A stretch of 64,000 bases of DNA from an uncultured bacterium (GCA_902802585.1 CADCMR010000003.1:42394-106393); one strand, 5' to 3'. Counted from the first letter of the stretch, positions 24,479 through 33,893 are shown. Numbers and translations: made by a program. Notes: generated from the letters alone by a model not told the origin.

Positions 24479-24889
24479 TTATTCTCCGGTCTGCCCGGAT
24501 GCATCGTTTCCAAGGGAATTGCGAGTGTCCTGTTCTAGGTCGGTCCGGACGAGCCCGACGGCGTCCGCCAGACGTTCGGCGGTCCCGATGTAATTGATCG
24601 TGACCTCATGCGAGACGGAGGCGGAATTGAAGATGGCAGGCGAGATTCTCCGGCGGTACTGAAGCGCGTATGTCCCCTCCGGCGCGCTCGCGTAGTCACC
24701 CGTGACGATCGTGCTTTTCAGCACGGGCGCCGCCGTATCCGGATCGACGCCGACGCGCTGGATGGCGACCGTGCCGCTTCCGGACAGGGATTTCTCCGCG
24801 AGTCCGCCGAGAGCCGTGTTGACGCCGGAACATCCGGTGAACACGGCAGCCGCGACAGCGAGGACGAAATGCATAACAAAACGAATCAT
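24479..24889 (-). CDS. Phage lipoprotein (possible spanin-like)
   Basis: Lipobox AVFTGC after a hydrophobic signal; last gene of the cassette. Confidence 0.55.
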   Translation of the reverse strand: MIRFVMHFVLAVAAAVFTGCSGVNTALGGLAEKSLSGSGTVAIQRVGVDPDTAAPVLKSTIVTGDYASAPEGTYALQYRRRISPAIFNSASVSHEVTINYIGTAERLADAVGLVRTDLEQDTRNSLGNDASGQTGE

Positions 24890-24911
24890 GGCTGGACTCC
24901 TTTATTTGTGG

Positions 24912-25142
24912 TCATTTATTGAAAAAATCCTTCATTCCGGCAAGAAGCGCGGCGCAGACCGCCCCGATGGCAAGCGTAATGAATGCTTTCAAAGCGGTTT
25001 TCCGTCCCGTCTGGAACGCCTCCGCCAGCGAACGGAGCGTGTCGGCGGTCTTCGCGTCGATCCCGTTCGGACAGCCGTGATCATACGAGGCGAGGATGTC
25101 GGTGAAAATGGCGGCGATCTCGTTTTTGTCCTGGTCTGTCAT
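24912..25142 (-). CDS. Small C-terminally anchored membrane protein (holin-like position)
   Basis: MTDQDKNE...FITLAIGAVCAALLAGM; ATGA coupling with the upstream gene. Confidence 0.5.
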   Translation of the reverse strand: MTDQDKNEIAAIFTDILASYDHGCPNGIDAKTADTLRSLAEAFQTGRKTALKAFITLAIGAVCAALLAGMKDFFNK

Positions 25143-25528
25143 GGACGCGGTCTCCCGTTCAGATAAGCGAACCAACCAAAGACTTGGCAGACGAAAGCGG
25201 CGAAAAACCCCATCATCATGCACGCGGGCCGACAGTCGTAGACGGCTTCAAGCATGACGTTTGCGGCGAGATGCAGATTGGAAAGCGTGAATCCCCGGTA
25301 CGACTTGTCCGGCAGGGAGTATTCCCAGTCGTGGATCATCGCGGATGCCTCCAGCGGACGCAGCAGCCATGTGAGGATATGGCGGAACCAGGCGGGCCAG
25401 CGGTCCGGTCCGACGCCGTTGCATGCGGCGGCAAGTACGGAACCGGACGCAGCCCAGAACGATTCCGGCGCGAACGCTCCGAACTCATTGCAGAATGCAC
25501 GCAGGAATTGAGCGCGGGACGGAGTCAT
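25139..25528 (-). CDS. DUF1353/prokaryotic phospholipase A2-like phage protein
   Basis: CNGVGP and IHDWEY motifs (His-Asp dyad with Tyr). Confidence 0.55.
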   Translation of the reverse strand: MTPSRAQFLRAFCNEFGAFAPESFWAASGSVLAAACNGVGPDRWPAWFRHILTWLLRPLEASAMIHDWEYSLPDKSYRGFTLSNLHLAANVMLEAVYDCRPACMMMGFFAAFVCQVFGWFAYLNGRPRP

Positions 25529-25530
25529 GC

Positions 25531-25950
25531 TTAGGTCCGCTCCTCGGCCGCAAGTTCCCACGCACGGTAAAACCACGCAGGTTGCCCAAGCCCGATCTTC
25601 GCCCCTTTGTACTTGCATTCCTCGTTCATCTCCATCCAGCGCAATGCGAGCGCATACGCCGTCATCGGGTCGTCGTGCGCGGCCCGGCTGTTGTTGAATG
25701 TGACGACCGCCTCAAACCCGCCGGTGAAAGACGAATCGCCGATGAACCGCCCGATTTCATCGCAGAGCGCACGGAACTTTGCCGCCGCCCCGGCGAAATC
25801 TTCCTCCGGCGTCGGGCTTCCGTCGTCATTGATGGTACCGCCAAGCGCCAGGAATCGTTGTTCCGTCATCGGCGAAACCATTCCCGCGCCCGTTTTCAAC
25901 GGATCGGGAAGTCTGTCGTATGTCTTCCCTTCAAATTCGTACTGTTTCAT
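25531..25950 (-). CDS. Hypothetical phage protein downstream of the fibre gene
   Basis: 139-aa ORF, coherent with operon spacing; no recognisable motif. Confidence 0.6.
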   Translation of the reverse strand: MKQYEFEGKTYDRLPDPLKTGAGMVSPMTEQRFLALGGTINDDGSPTPEEDFAGAAAKFRALCDEIGRFIGDSSFTGGFEAVVTFNNSRAAHDDPMTAYALALRWMEMNEECKYKGAKIGLGQPAWFYRAWELAAEERT

Positions 25951-25972
25951 TTTCTGTTTCCTGTCTTGTTTG

Positions 25973-28903
25973 TCACTGTCCGATGATGCTGATCAGGCCG
26001 CCTTCAATCACGATCTGCTGCGATTCGCCCGAGACCGCGCTCACGGTGGATGTGCCTTCGGTGGTTTCCAGCTCCCACGGACCACGGTCGCCTCCATCCT
26101 CCAGAGGCGGCACGGTCACAGTAGCTCCGTAAATGCGGCCGAGGTTGGTGATGGTCGAGCCGGTCACGGCAAGGTCGCTGAAGTAGCCGCTGGACACACC
26201 ATTGCTGCCGATGATCGTCACGACCGCGCCGGCAGGAATTGTGATGGCACCGCCGGGTTCGATACTGGACGATAGAACAACGGATGCCCCCGACGACATT
26301 GTGACCTTCCCGGCTGACCCGGAAATACTCTGTATAACATTTGATCCAGCCAATGCAATCTCCGCTCCTGAACCCTCTTGGAAAAAACTAATCTTTCGAC
26401 CTTGTTCAAAGGTGCAATCTGTAAATTGAACATAGGGCGCTCCACCAGCGAGCGAAATCTCTGGCTTTGTTGTAGTCGCAGAGAGCACAGAACATCCGCT
26501 GAAAAACGCACTGGCATGAGTTATACCGACAGCAGCACCATGAGCGGTATTCGTGCAAGTATTATACTGGAAAGTACATCCATTAAGAGTGGCGATGGCC
26601 CCAGTATGCACGAAGAGAGCGCCGCCTATGTTGTTTGCATGATTCCCGATGAATGAACAATTGTCAAACCGTGCAGAGGTTGTTCCGCCTCCAATTTGGA
26701 AAGCCCCGCCATTGTCAACGGCGGATGCGGATGCATCTCCGCCGCTGTACGTAACGCCGCTTGCGGCAGCTGTAGTACCGGAAGCAACGGCAACACGCTT
26801 CCCGCCGAGGTTAACAACCGCCGTATTCGTCAACTTGGCCCCTGCGGGCAGGGTTACGTTATCCATCGTGTAACTGCCGGACAGCGTGCCGGAACTGTAG
26901 AGAACTGTCGCACCACCCTGCTCGAACGTAATGTTCCCGCCTGGAATAATCGGTGCAGCGTTCGCATTTCCGGTTAGGTCGATGGTAGCGCCGCTCGTGA
27001 GGGTTAAGGTTCCCGTTGAATCACCATATAGCACACCAACGGGGAGCCCGTTCGTTCCGACGAAATTGATCCTGCCGGAGTTAGCTACTCTCATTGTTAG
27101 ATCAGTAGAACTGTTCCCAGTAAAGGTACAGTCTTTAAAGGTACCTACCGCACTCGTATAACGCACTGATACTTGAGAAGGGGTGGCAGTAGCTGTTGTG
27201 CTGTTACCAGAAAACACACAACCCGAAAACAGACAACTCCCACTTTCCGAGATAAACACACCGCCGCCGCCGTCGGTCGCGGTCGTTGTATTCCCGGTAA
27301 ATGTGCAGTTTGTGAAGACATTGCCAACACTGCGGAAAGCAGTGTAAGCGGGCGTGCCATATGCGTTTGTAAATTTTACATTGGAAACAGATGCGACTTT
27401 GTATGCTTGAACGGTGTAAGGATTTGCGTTTCCACCATAATCAATCACACTTGCGCTTCCCTCGCCGACAACCTTCTCGACCGCCAAGCCGCCCCCACTC
27501 ACCGCAACAGTCGAGCCTGCGGGAATGTAGGCATCGCCGAGCGTGAGCGTACCGGATGTCACATTGACGTTCTGAAGCGCGCAATTCGCCACGGTGAAAG
27601 AACCGGATGCGATCGCGACGTCGCCGGTCACCAGGGTGTCGGCATATCCGTTGCCGACCAGATGCTTCGTCGTCGAGACGGTCGCGCCGCCCAGATTCAG
27701 CGGCACGCCAGCCAGCGAGTCGTTTACGGAGATGTATTCCTGCGAGGCAACCGCCGCATCGGCAAGGCCGTAATAGAGGCTTCCTGCCGTCGTACCGCTC
27801 GAAACGTTCACGATGTATCCAGCGATGTGGTCTTCGACGCTGATGATCGCCAGGTTGTCATGGAATCTCACGGTGCAGTTGTTGACCGCATCGGGCTCCA
27901 GCGGCTGGGAAAGGACCACGTTTTCGCCCGTCTGGATGTAGCCGGTATTCGCCACGAAGATTTCGGCATGTGCCTCAAGCCCGAAGGTACGGCTGCCGCC
28001 GACAGGGTTCTCCCGGTTCAGCAGCACCTTCGCGTTATTCGCGACGGCATGGATCTCGTAGGCTTTGCCCGCGCTGAGGACGACCGTCGTGGTCTGGTTG
28101 GCGGACGCGGTAATCGCGGGTTCAATTGCAAAGTAGCGTGCCTGGTCGACCGTGGATCCGCTCACGAGCTCCATGCGGTAGCCCGCCGCAAGGTTGTCCT
28201 GTTTCGCGTCCAGTGCCGCCGCCAGACCGGTGACCGCGCTCTGCGGGACGTCGGCTGTACTGATGATCCCTGAGCTCGTGACAGAAATGCCGACACCCCC
28301 GTTTGCAGGAGTCAGCTTGTCCTGTTTCTCCGCCGCCGAGGAGGAAACCGCCGACTGAATGATCTGTTCGGCATAGGAGCGGGTCAGGAACCCCTCATCC
28401 ACCGCGTTCGGGGCGCCAAGTCCCGCCACGCGGTTCCGGACCTTGAAATCCTCAATCTGGAGGACAAACACGGCATGATCCTCGTTGTCGTACCCGACGA
28501 GCTCTCCGGTCAGACCGGGCTTTGTCGCCTCATTGCCGAGCCATGCCGCCAGTTCCTCCGTATTCATGTCGGATATCGGGATCACAAACTCCGTGAAACT
28601 CGTGGTTTCGCCGTTGACAGTATCGGTCACGGTCTGGACCGAAATGCCGCCCTCGTCCGCGACCAGCTTGCATGACGTGCTCCGGTCGAAATCGGCGTCC
28701 ATGCTCCAATGCCATTTCGCAATGCCGTTCAATGATGCGATCGGATAGGGCGTCGGCACCTCGACGTCCGCGAACAACCTCATCCGCAGGCATACGGCGA
28801 CTCCGATCGTCAGGACCGGCGCCTCCGAGAGATGCATGTTCGAATAGTCCCGCACCATCCCGAGCGTCTCCTTCGCCGCCGCGTAAAAAACTATATTCTG
28901 CAT
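25973..28903 (-). CDS. Putative tail-fibre/adhesin with right-handed beta-helix (GGA/FxxN) repeats
   Basis: FTNCTFTGN, FSGCVFSGN, DNGGAFQI, FDNCSFIGNHANNIGGALFV; KQDKL/KQDNL fibre-type heptads in the N-terminal part. Start set at ATG 28903. Confidence 0.65.
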   Translation of the reverse strand: MQNIVFYAAAKETLGMVRDYSNMHLSEAPVLTIGVAVCLRMRLFADVEVPTPYPIASLNGIAKWHWSMDADFDRSTSCKLVADEGGISVQTVTDTVNGETTSFTEFVIPISDMNTEELAAWLGNEATKPGLTGELVGYDNEDHAVFVLQIEDFKVRNRVAGLGAPNAVDEGFLTRSYAEQIIQSAVSSSAAEKQDKLTPANGGVGISVTSSGIISTADVPQSAVTGLAAALDAKQDNLAAGYRMELVSGSTVDQARYFAIEPAITASANQTTTVVLSAGKAYEIHAVANNAKVLLNRENPVGGSRTFGLEAHAEIFVANTGYIQTGENVVLSQPLEPDAVNNCTVRFHDNLAIISVEDHIAGYIVNVSSGTTAGSLYYGLADAAVASQEYISVNDSLAGVPLNLGGATVSTTKHLVGNGYADTLVTGDVAIASGSFTVANCALQNVNVTSGTLTLGDAYIPAGSTVAVSGGGLAVEKVVGEGSASVIDYGGNANPYTVQAYKVASVSNVKFTNAYGTPAYTAFRSVGNVFTNCTFTGNTTTATDGGGGVFISESGSCLFSGCVFSGNSTTATATPSQVSVRYTSAVGTFKDCTFTGNSSTDLTMRVANSGRINFVGTNGLPVGVLYGDSTGTLTLTSGATIDLTGNANAAPIIPGGNITFEQGGATVLYSSGTLSGSYTMDNVTLPAGAKLTNTAVVNLGGKRVAVASGTTAAASGVTYSGGDASASAVDNGGAFQIGGGTTSARFDNCSFIGNHANNIGGALFVHTGAIATLNGCTFQYNTCTNTAHGAAVGITHASAFFSGCSVLSATTTKPEISLAGGAPYVQFTDCTFEQGRKISFFQEGSGAEIALAGSNVIQSISGSAGKVTMSSGASVVLSSSIEPGGAITIPAGAVVTIIGSNGVSSGYFSDLAVTGSTITNLGRIYGATVTVPPLEDGGDRGPWELETTEGTSTVSAVSGESQQIVIEGGLISIIGQ

Positions 28904-28904
28904 A

Positions 28905-30005
28905 TCATATCTCTTGTTTGAAATTGTAATTGGCTTCATAATCGTAGACGACCCGGACATTCAGCGCCTGCCATCCGCGGATGATACTGTCCGGCGCTGT
29001 GTCCGACCCGCCCAACCCCGATGCCGAACCGTACCCCCACGAGGCGAAGACGCCGCCGCTCAGGACAAACGTATTCGCCCCGGAGGATACGGTTGTGCAC
29101 AGAGGATCGAAAATGTATGTGTTGTATTCGTCCTCCACCGGCTCCCCGTCCTCGTTGCGTTCGCGCGGATCGACCGCGTCGAACATGACCCTGCCGTTGG
29201 ACGCGGCGGGACACCCGTGATGCGCCGGCGCAAGCCGCACCGGTTCCCAGGCGGAGTTGACCAGCCAGCGCTTTTGCGGATCGGTAAGACCCGTATATTC
29301 GTAGCTCAGGACGCAGGTCAACGGAGTATAAAATCCGCCGAATTCCGCCTCGTAAAAACTCCAGCTCTGAATCCCGTCGTAGGCCGCCTGCGGCGAAGAG
29401 CCGAATCCGTCGAGCTCGGGCGGATACGCATGGCGCATCATGATTCCGCCATCGACGACACTCACATACCGGAGCAGTTTCAGCATCCTGGTCCGCTGAG
29501 AGGCCCATGCGGCGTTCAGGCAGACCTGAAACGAGCCGTCGACGGGAATCTTCGGGTAAGGGGTATTCTCCGGAACAGTTTCCGGCACGATTAAGGGTTC
29601 CGACAATGCCGACGCCAGGTTCTCCAGCGAACCGCAAGCCATATTCCCCGCGCTGTCCGAGAAAAAGCGCGAACTGTGCTCCTCCAGCGTGTGAATGAGG
29701 AACGCGTCGAAACCATGCATGAACGAAATACTGCGGAAAAATCCCCAGACTTCGTCGTATGCGTATTCTTTTCTGACTTCCCGGAACGGAATCTCCCGCG
29801 GATCGGCATTGTCGTACCATTCCCCGGTGAGGATGTGCGCCAGGCGGTTTTCCATGACAGCGGACGTGCCGGACGAGGTGCAGCTTTCGTGAAATTCGGG
29901 ATCCACGGCGTCCCGGCGTTCGCAGAGTGCGGATACCAGTCCGCGCATCACCGGAAGCGGCGTGCACAACGTCGGGTCGTTCAGATGATAGTCGTCCCAG
30001 CTCAT
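28905..30005 (-). CDS. Hypothetical phage (tail-region) protein
   Basis: MSWDDYHL...; TGATG coupling with the upstream gene. Confidence 0.6.
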   Translation of the reverse strand: MSWDDYHLNDPTLCTPLPVMRGLVSALCERRDAVDPEFHESCTSSGTSAVMENRLAHILTGEWYDNADPREIPFREVRKEYAYDEVWGFFRSISFMHGFDAFLIHTLEEHSSRFFSDSAGNMACGSLENLASALSEPLIVPETVPENTPYPKIPVDGSFQVCLNAAWASQRTRMLKLLRYVSVVDGGIMMRHAYPPELDGFGSSPQAAYDGIQSWSFYEAEFGGFYTPLTCVLSYEYTGLTDPQKRWLVNSAWEPVRLAPAHHGCPAASNGRVMFDAVDPRERNEDGEPVEDEYNTYIFDPLCTTVSSGANTFVLSGGVFASWGYGSASGLGGSDTAPDSIIRGWQALNVRVVYDYEANYNFKQEI

Positions 30006-30577
30006 CAGATCCATCTCCCGCAGATTTCGATGTCGCCTCCCATGTGCGCCTGCGTTACGGTCCCGATCGAGCTGACGTGCGCCAGCGTCCTGTACCACCC
30101 CTGTGCGCTGGTGACGGAGGCGGACAGGCTGTTCGCGAATCCATACACCAGGGCGGGGGGCGTGGCGGCAGTGTCGTAATACACGGTCAGGTAGATTTCG
30201 GCGGGGGTTCCCGGTGTGACGGGGACCGTGCCGACAGGCATGTTGTGAAACGTATTTCCGATGCGGATTTCCCCTGCGTACGCTCCGGACGGATCCGAGC
30301 CGTTGAAAACACGCGCCGACGTCCCGCCGACGAGCTCCACGGCGAATGCCCCGGCATAGCCCGATGCGACCGGCGGTTCCGCGGCAGCCGCGCCCGGGCT
30401 TTCCGGTTCCGGACCGTTCCAGCGGATGAGCTTGCCCGCTCCGGTGTCGAGGACGTCCAGGAGCGGGGTGGCGGACGCGAGCTTGTCAAGCTGTTCCACG
30501 GCATCGGCAAGCGCGTTGAACTTCTCGCGGAGGACCTCGAAAACGTTCTCTCCCGATTCCAGTCTCGGCGCGATCAT
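30005..30577 (-). CDS. Hypothetical phage (tail-region) protein
   Basis: MIAPRLESGE...; ATGA coupling; beta-rich composition. Confidence 0.55.
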   Translation of the reverse strand: MIAPRLESGENVFEVLREKFNALADAVEQLDKLASATPLLDVLDTGAGKLIRWNGPEPESPGAAAAEPPVASGYAGAFAVELVGGTSARVFNGSDPSGAYAGEIRIGNTFHNMPVGTVPVTPGTPAEIYLTVYYDTAATPPALVYGFANSLSASVTSAQGWYRTLAHVSSIGTVTQAHMGGDIEICGRWI

Positions 30578-31356
30578 GCGTTGTTTCCCTCCGAAGATTC
30601 GTACAGCGTGGTGTCCCAGCCCGCCGGATCGGGCGACGCCTTGTAGATGACTTTTGCGATGTAGCGGCGTCCGTCCGGATGGATCTGCCCGCCGAGGTTC
30701 AGCCAGTTCGTCACGTCCACGCCGAAATCGCCGAGCGCGGGCGTGCCGATCTTCCCGGCGCACGCGGCTGCGGCCCACGAGGCGTCCCGCAGCGTGCAGT
30801 GACGACTGAACTCCGTGATGGTATAGCTCGGCATCAGCCACGTTTCACTCGTTTTGAGCGGCATCTTCAGCAGGTGCCACGATTCGCCGAGCGAGGCGAC
30901 GGACTGCGGCGTCTTCACCCAGCGGTAGTTCACGCGCTGCGCCGCGGTCAGCACGGGATCCGTCGCGGTCGCCCACCACGTCGGCACCTCGTCCGTCCCT
31001 TTTGCCGCCAGGCAGTAGTTCCAGTTCGTCCGGTAGCCGGAATGGCGCTCCAGCGGGACGGACATGACAGTCACGTCCAGGGTATGTTCCTTCGGACCGT
31101 GCCGCCCGATCAGGAACCGCAGGTTGCTTCCGGCGTTCAGGTCCTCCCAGTTGAGCTCGATCTCGTAGACCGGGCCGCCGACCTGGCGGGTTCGCCAGGA
31201 GACAAGTTCGTACTCGCCTGTCCTGTCCCGGTCGCCGATCGTCAGACGGGCGCTCCGCTCCTCCACTTCCTCCCGCGTCCCGTAATAGATTTCGCGGTAG
31301 GAGGCCCCGCCGGAATCCCTGCCCCGGACGACGCTTTTGTGTTTCAGTTTCAGCAT
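30574..31356 (-). CDS. Hypothetical phage (tail-region) protein
   Basis: 260-aa ORF with RBS GGGAGGG; W/Y-rich, no named family recognised. Confidence 0.6.
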   Translation of the reverse strand: MLKLKHKSVVRGRDSGGASYREIYYGTREEVEERSARLTIGDRDRTGEYELVSWRTRQVGGPVYEIELNWEDLNAGSNLRFLIGRHGPKEHTLDVTVMSVPLERHSGYRTNWNYCLAAKGTDEVPTWWATATDPVLTAAQRVNYRWVKTPQSVASLGESWHLLKMPLKTSETWLMPSYTITEFSRHCTLRDASWAAAACAGKIGTPALGDFGVDVTNWLNLGGQIHPDGRRYIAKVIYKASPDPAGWDTTLYESSEGNNA

Positions 31357-31370
31357 GTTCCCTCCCCGGT

Positions 31371-31517
31371 TCAGTCGACCGTTCCGATCTCATCGAGTTT
31401 TTCCGCGATCTCGTCGAGCTCCGCGTTGATCTGCCTCAGGATCTCCATGATGATCTCCGCTTCCGGATCGTATTCGTTCTCCGGCGTTTCCGCCGCGGCT
31501 GCCGTTTCTCCATTCAT
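31371..31517 (-). CDS. 48-aa acidic coiled-coil ORF (possible remnant)
   Basis: GGAG RBS; ILRQINAELDEIAEKLDEI heptads. Confidence 0.45.
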   Translation of the reverse strand: MNGETAAAAETPENEYDPEAEIIMEILRQINAELDEIAEKLDEIGTVD

Positions 31518-31570
31518 GTCAATCTCCGTTGTTCTTCGTTTTGTTCTGATTCCGCTGTGCTGCCGAAGCA

Positions 31571-31903
31571 TCAGAGCCCCAGCACTTCGGCGTCGTCGCT
31601 GCGCTCCGCTTTTACCGCGAACCGCTGGTATTTCCCTTTCTCCGCGGTCAGGACCGCCGACGTGATGAGGAAAGTCTTTTCCCGGTACGTCAGTGTTTCT
31701 CCGGCTTCCGGGATGTTGCCGCCTTCCACGAGTCCGTCGAACTCAAGCTCCGTGCGGCGGCTTGTGGCGGCAAGCTTGTCCTTCCTGCCGTCTTCCCCGT
31801 GGACGGACACCGTCCCGGTCAGCGTCGAGCGCACGCGGATGTTCCGCATGGCGATATCGAATCCGCCTCCGTCCCACCCGGAAATCAATCCTGTTGCGCG
31901 CAT
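31571..31903 (-). CDS. Small beta-rich phage neck/tail protein
   Basis: 110 aa directly after the gp36-like adaptor. Confidence 0.5.
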   Translation of the reverse strand: MRATGLISGWDGGGFDIAMRNIRVRSTLTGTVSVHGEDGRKDKLAATSRRTELEFDGLVEGGNIPEAGETLTYREKTFLITSAVLTAEKGKYQRFAVKAERSDDAEVLGL

Positions 31904-31904
31904 G

Positions 31905-32324
31905 TCAGTAGCCCTTCATGGTTTCGCGGGTGAAAACCGGCTCGTCACAGGCGACCGCCGCGAATCCCTTTCCGCGCAGGGATTCCGCCGCGCCGGGCAG
32001 AACCAGCTCGCCGGACGCAGTTTTCTCCAATGATGCACGCACGTGGGCGATGCGCATTTTGAGCTTTTCCGGCAATGCGTCGCCCGCGCAGCGCACCCGG
32101 GCGCGTTCTTCGCACAAGGTCAGGTTCCAGTCCCGGAGCAGCGCGCCGGCGCGTTCGGACATGACCGGCGTTTCATAACGGCATCCGGCGGCGGCGTCGA
32201 TTTCCGCAGCGGCGGCGTCCAGGTCCGCCTGCGCCGTCGCCGTGCCGGTCTCGTCGGTGCCGTACAGCCCCGCGTAATCCTGACCGAGGCGCACTTTCAA
32301 TTCATTGATCGTGGCGTATGCCAT
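31905..32324 (-). CDS. Mu gp36-like (DUF1320) head-tail adaptor
   Basis: MAYATINELKVRLG...AAAEIDAAAGCRYETP...LEKTASGELVL pattern of the gp36 family. Confidence 0.8.
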   Translation of the reverse strand: MAYATINELKVRLGQDYAGLYGTDETGTATAQADLDAAAAEIDAAAGCRYETPVMSERAGALLRDWNLTLCEERARVRCAGDALPEKLKMRIAHVRASLEKTASGELVLPGAAESLRGKGFAAVACDEPVFTRETMKGY

Positions 32325-32374
32325 GAGGCGATCCTTTCTTTTCATAGTTGTGGTTTGAGCCGCAAAAAACCGGA

Positions 32375-32496
32375 CCGGGGGGAGGACTGGGAATCCGTGC
32401 GACGGAGATTCTGCCTATCTGAGCAGGCAATAACCTTCCGCCTCCGCGCCAAGGAGATGGGATTCACGGCGGATTCCCGCGTCCTGTCCCCCCCGG
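32375..32496 (-). other. Long nested inverted repeat / predicted structured RNA followed by a U-tract
   Basis: Arms CCGGGGGG-AGGAC-T-GGGAATCCG (32375-32397) and CGGATTCCC-GC-GTCCT-GT-CCCCCCCGG (32470-32496); inner hairpins TGCCT/AGGCA and CTCC/GGAG. Confidence 0.65.
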
Positions 32497-32524
32497 CCGT
32501 CAGCCTTTTGTTCCGGCAGGGGCG

Positions 32525-33427
32525 TCAGCCCGCGGCGGTGCCGCCTCGTCCCAGCAGGTGCGGGAAGAGCGCGGCGGCGTTGCCGTACGCCTCGGCGCCG
32601 AAGAGGATCCTGCCGTCCATGAAGACGTTTTCGTCGTTCGGCTGGTTCAGGATCGTGAGGGCTGCTTCCTTGTTTTTCAGGACCAGGATGGGCTTCAGCG
32701 CGCCGGTGAAACGTCCCAGGAACCAGTAGTTGGCATTGGTCCCGGTGAGGCGCGGGCTGACGACCAGTTTGACCTTATCCTTGTGCGGATTGGCGAATTC
32801 CTGGTCGCTGGCGTCGCGGTATGTGTCGGAGTACAGGATCTCGCGGGCGGTGTCCTCCAGCGCGGGACCGACGATCAGGTGTGTCGGACGCGTGTTGACG
32901 GGCTGGCCGTTATGCCCGCGGAAGGAGTACATCTGAGTGAAGAACGAACCGAAGTTGGCGAACGTCAGGGCGTTGGACGTGACGTTGTTGATCGTGCTCG
33001 GGCCGTACTTGCGGCTGTTACTGTAGAACGCGGCGCCGTCGATCCAGTTCGGCGGATTCACCAGCGCCTCGGTGAAGAGCGTGTCCCACAGCTGTTCGCC
33101 CGCCTCGCCCATGGCGGCGACGAGCGTGCCGTAAATCCCCCAGTTGTCGCTTTCGACGTCGCGGACGGGAATCGCCACAGTGTCCTCCCACGGACGTTCC
33201 ACGAGGCGGATCTTGTGCGTGGCGAGGTTCTTGATCTGGCGCGGACCGAGCCATTCGCGCATTCCGGCGAAGGCGTCGAGGAACGGGATTTCCATGGCGG
33301 TGTGCTTCGGGTCACCCTCGATGTCGGCGAGGTCGCGGTAAATCGTCTCCGCGCCTTCGACCGCCTGTTTGAACTTCAGGTTGAAGCTGGTGCGCATCGC
33401 GGACAGCGTTTCATGATTCAGTTCCAT
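32525..33427 (-). CDS. Mu gpT-like major capsid protein
   Basis: MREWLGPR..KNL, WEDTVAIPVRDVESDNWGIY, WIDGAAFY, LIVGPALE..A, FGAEAYGNA. Confidence 0.9.
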   Translation of the reverse strand: MELNHETLSAMRTSFNLKFKQAVEGAETIYRDLADIEGDPKHTAMEIPFLDAFAGMREWLGPRQIKNLATHKIRLVERPWEDTVAIPVRDVESDNWGIYGTLVAAMGEAGEQLWDTLFTEALVNPPNWIDGAAFYSNSRKYGPSTINNVTSNALTFANFGSFFTQMYSFRGHNGQPVNTRPTHLIVGPALEDTAREILYSDTYRDASDQEFANPHKDKVKLVVSPRLTGTNANYWFLGRFTGALKPILVLKNKEAALTILNQPNDENVFMDGRILFGAEAYGNAAALFPHLLGRGGTAAG

Positions 33428-33482
33428 GTTCGTTTTCCTTTCTCAGGTTGGTTTGTCTGTTTTCGAGCTCGGACAACTGGAC

Positions 33483-33893
33483 TCAGTGTGCGCCGTTGCC
33501 GATTTCCGCCACCACGCCGTCCGGAAGGACGTCGCGTACGATGCCGGCGACCACGGCAGCCGTGCCGCCCGTCAGAGTGACGGTCTGGTCGTCCTTCACG
33601 TAGCAGGTCTTGTTCAGGTCGCCCACGGCAAACGCGCCGCTGCTGACCGGACTGTAGAGGAACATGCCGGAACGGGTCCTGACGGTTTCGCCGCCGGACG
33701 CCGTGTTTTCGGCGCGGCCGACCACTGTGATGGCGCCCGCGGACGTGGCGGGGATGGCGTTTCCGCTGGAGTTGACGGCGGTAATGCCTCCCGCGTAGAC
33801 GGTGCTGCCCGACGCGACGGTGAATTCACGGGTGTAGTGGATGCCGCCGGCGGCGATTTCCCTAGTGTCTCTTGCTTCTGTAAGTGCTGACAT
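33483..33893 (-). CDS. Capsid cement/decoration protein (DUF2190-like)
   Basis: TVYAGGITAVNSSGNAIPA...VVGRAEN...GDLNKTCYVKDDQTV; sits between protease and capsid. Confidence 0.75.
   Translation of the reverse strand: MSALTEARDTREIAAGGIHYTREFTVASGSTVYAGGITAVNSSGNAIPATSAGAITVVGRAENTASGGETVRTRSGMFLYSPVSSGAFAVGDLNKTCYVKDDQTVTLTGGTAAVVAGIVRDVLPDGVVAEIGNGAH

Noticed and set aside
25973-28903. Diversity-generating retroelement acting on the fibre gene
   Set aside because: No reverse transcriptase and no template/variable repeat pair differing at adenines in the window.
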